A stretch of 16,697 nt of DNA from Candidatus Fervidifonticultor quintus. Its GTDB lineage: Bacteria; Sysuimicrobiota; Sysuimicrobiia; Sysuimicrobiales; Humicultoraceae. The stretch covers positions 1 through 16,697 of the forward strand of contig JAVKIJ010000073.1 of the NCBI GenBank assembly GCA_031459535.1, written 5' to 3'. Below, one piece after another: positions 15,107 to 16,697 of this stretch. A model generated the notes under the pieces. The model worked only from the letters and a program-made list of their open reading frames with translations, ran no database searches and was not told the DNA's origin. Made by a program: the position numbers and the translations under genes. How positions within the stretch are numbered: the stretch's first letter is position 1; the number at the start of each line of letters is the position of its first letter.

Positions 15107-16282
15107 TTACCGGCCCCCTCGGCGCCCAAACGTCACCGTGAGGACGTGATCACGCAGCTTCGCGCCCCGGGCTTCCAGGCCGGCCAGCGTGCGCGGCAGC
15201 ACCACATTCCGCTTGTACGGCCCGATCCGCACCGTGAGATCGCCGTTGCCCTGCAAGATGTCCACGTCGCCCTTGCTGGCAAACGGCAGGTACAGCGTGA
15301 GCACGTACTCGTCCTTGCTCTTCTCGATCTTCTGCGGGGAGCCGGTGTAGAAGTGCCGCACCGGATCCTCGGTGCCGTAGAGGTCTGTGGCGACGCGGGC
15401 CAGCATGTCCAGACCGATCGCTTCCCGCTCATAGAAGGGAATGGTCCGGATGGGCAGCGGCGAGAACGCTTCCTCGACCATCTTGAGGTACTGAGCCTGC
15501 GCGGCCTTCCAGCCGGCGAAGTACCCTGCCTGGGCGGCGGCGGGTAGCACCCGGTTCACGACGATCAGATCGGTGGCGTAGCCGAAGAGGTTGAAGTAGG
15601 TGAAGGCCCGCTGCGCCTCCTTGATGACCATCTTCTCGGGATTGAGAACCAGCCTGATGGTCGTGCGGGCGGTATCGGAGAGGATCTCCTTGATCCCCTC
15701 CACGTCCAGAATGAGATCGCGGGCTGCCACGAACACCTCGTCGGTGGGCAGGGGGATGTCTACCAGCGGCTGCACCACCGGCCGCACGATTCGCGCGACC
15801 TGGCGCTGGATCGGGAAGATCTTGTTGAGCCACCACCGGGCCATGTCGGGAAAGCTCAGCAGCTGCATGGTCTCGCCGGTCGGGGCGCAATCAATGACGA
15901 TGACATCATACCGGTTGCTCTCCACGTGGGCCCGAAGCTCCATGAGGCTGGCAATCTCTTCCATGCCGGGGAGGTTCGCGAGCTCGTCGGCCACCACGTC
16001 CTCCAGCCCCCGCGAGTGCAGCAACGTGACCATGTAGCGCTTGAGCGTGCCCCAGTACTTCTCGAGCTGATAGAGCGAATCAACCTCCTGGGCCCACAGG
16101 CGCGAGCCGACGCGGACGACCTGGCAACCCACGTCCTTCTCCAGGGCGTCACCGAGGCTGTGGGCTGCATCGGTGCTCATCACCAGCGTCCGGTGCCCGC
16201 CTTCGGCGGCGCGCACGGCGGTCGCAGCGGCCGCAGTCGTCTTGCCGACACCACCCTTGCCGGTGAACAGGATGACCCGCAT
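15107..16282 (-). CDS. ArsA/Get3 family ATPase with C-terminal HSP20/alpha-crystallin-like domain (Get3d-like)
   Basis: 391 aa. Deviant Walker A GKGGVGKTT; switch I STDAAHSL; LPGMEE; switch II DCAPTGET; VLNPEKMV; VVNRV; C-terminal beta-rich YVLTLYLPF...DLTVRIGPYKRNVVLP...AKLRDHVLTVTF. Confidence 0.9.
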   Translation of the reverse strand: MRVILFTGKGGVGKTTAAAATAVRAAEGGHRTLVMSTDAAHSLGDALEKDVGCQVVRVGSRLWAQEVDSLYQLEKYWGTLKRYMVTLLHSRGLEDVVADELANLPGMEEIASLMELRAHVESNRYDVIVIDCAPTGETMQLLSFPDMARWWLNKIFPIQRQVARIVRPVVQPLVDIPLPTDEVFVAARDLILDVEGIKEILSDTARTTIRLVLNPEKMVIKEAQRAFTYFNLFGYATDLIVVNRVLPAAAQAGYFAGWKAAQAQYLKMVEEAFSPLPIRTIPFYEREAIGLDMLARVATDLYGTEDPVRHFYTGSPQKIEKSKDEYVLTLYLPFASKGDVDILQGNGDLTVRIGPYKRNVVLPRTLAGLEARGAKLRDHVLTVTFGRRGGR

Positions 16283-16287
16283 CCGCG

Positions 16288-16509
16288 CTACTTCACGCGC
16301 ACCCGCCGCGGCTTCGCCGGCGCCCCCTTGCCTTCGAGACGGGCCAGCGCACTGTCCACGGTCGCGCGGACCGCCAGGAGCAGCTCGCGGCGTGCCGCCG
16401 CCAGATGATCGCGTACGTCGGACGGCACGGCCCCTTCCACGGCCTCCCAGAAGCGATCCTCCGCTTCAGCCAGCGCCCGAAACGGCCGTACCCGCCGCCT
16501 TGCCGCCAT
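16288..16509 (-). CDS. Small hypothetical protein (73 aa) upstream of the ArsA/Get3 gene; resembles ArsA-linked DUF5304-like helical proteins
   Basis: Strong SD AAGGAGG (16518-16524) 8 nt before the ATG; stop 5 nt before the ATPase start; amphipathic core PSDVRDHLAAARRELLLAVRATVD. The family resemblance is from memory, not a search. Confidence 0.75.
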   Translation of the reverse strand: MAARRRVRPFRALAEAEDRFWEAVEGAVPSDVRDHLAAARRELLLAVRATVDSALARLEGKGAPAKPRRVRVK

Positions 16510-16535
16510 GGTGATTGCCTCCTTTCCCCATCTCC

Positions 16536-16544
16536 ACTATGCCA
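16536..16544 (-). promoter_or_regulatory. Possible extended -10 promoter (TGnCATAGT) for the small protein/ArsA operon
   Basis: Minus strand TGGCATAGT lies 11 nt upstream of the SD; no convincing -35. Confidence 0.3.
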
Positions 16545-16697
16545 CACCGCCGCACAGATGGAGCCCTAGCGTGTCCTGTTTGGACGTAGTGTTTGCACTT
16601 GAGGAGCTGCCCTTGGTGAAGACAGGAGGGCCATCGCCCAGGCTCCAACCGAGGTGTTGCAACCAGCAAGACCTGGGGAGGGGATGGGCAGATGACC

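Noticed and set aside
16581..16597. Sigma54-like TGGACGTAGTGTTTGCA
   Set aside because: GG-to-GC spacing is 11 nt rather than the required 10, and the TGGCAC core is not matched.
16466..16669. 67-aa minus-strand ORF upstream of the small protein
   Set aside because: TTG start without an SD, overlap with the better-supported 73-aa gene and its SD/promoter, and no recognisable protein features.

Overview
GC-rich bacterial chromosomal window, densely coding, with no mobile elements, CRISPR arrays, tRNA or rRNA genes that I could recognise. Left to right it holds: (i) a minus-strand IclR regulator, dipeptide/oligopeptide-type ABC substrate-binding protein and permease (cut at the window edge); (ii) a divergent RlmI-like rRNA methyltransferase; (iii) a long minus-strand run: geranylgeranyl-reductase-family flavoprotein, EndoQ-family PHP nuclease, AIR-synthase-like protein, then an internal sigma70-type promoter and structured leader, Ycf45/SpoIIIAA-like AAA-R3H protein, tmk, darA (c-di-AMP receptor) and holB; (iv) a plus-strand operon of DUF192, a GAF-GAF HisKA_2 kinase and a REC-ANTAR regulator; (v) a minus-strand pair of a 73-aa protein and an ArsA/Get3-family ATPase with a C-terminal alpha-crystallin-like domain. 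The best leads are all hypotheses. The 73-aa protein ends in a small-heat-shock-protein-like V-x-V tail that might dock on its neighbour's alpha-crystallin domain. The ~145-nt leader ahead of the AAA-R3H/tmk/darA/holB genes has mutually exclusive helices and an anti-SD. The EndoQ homologue ends in a beta-clamp-motif-like QTTLF. The ANTAR-coupled kinase has a PtsP-like GAF input. Family assignments come from motif recognition only; no searches were run.
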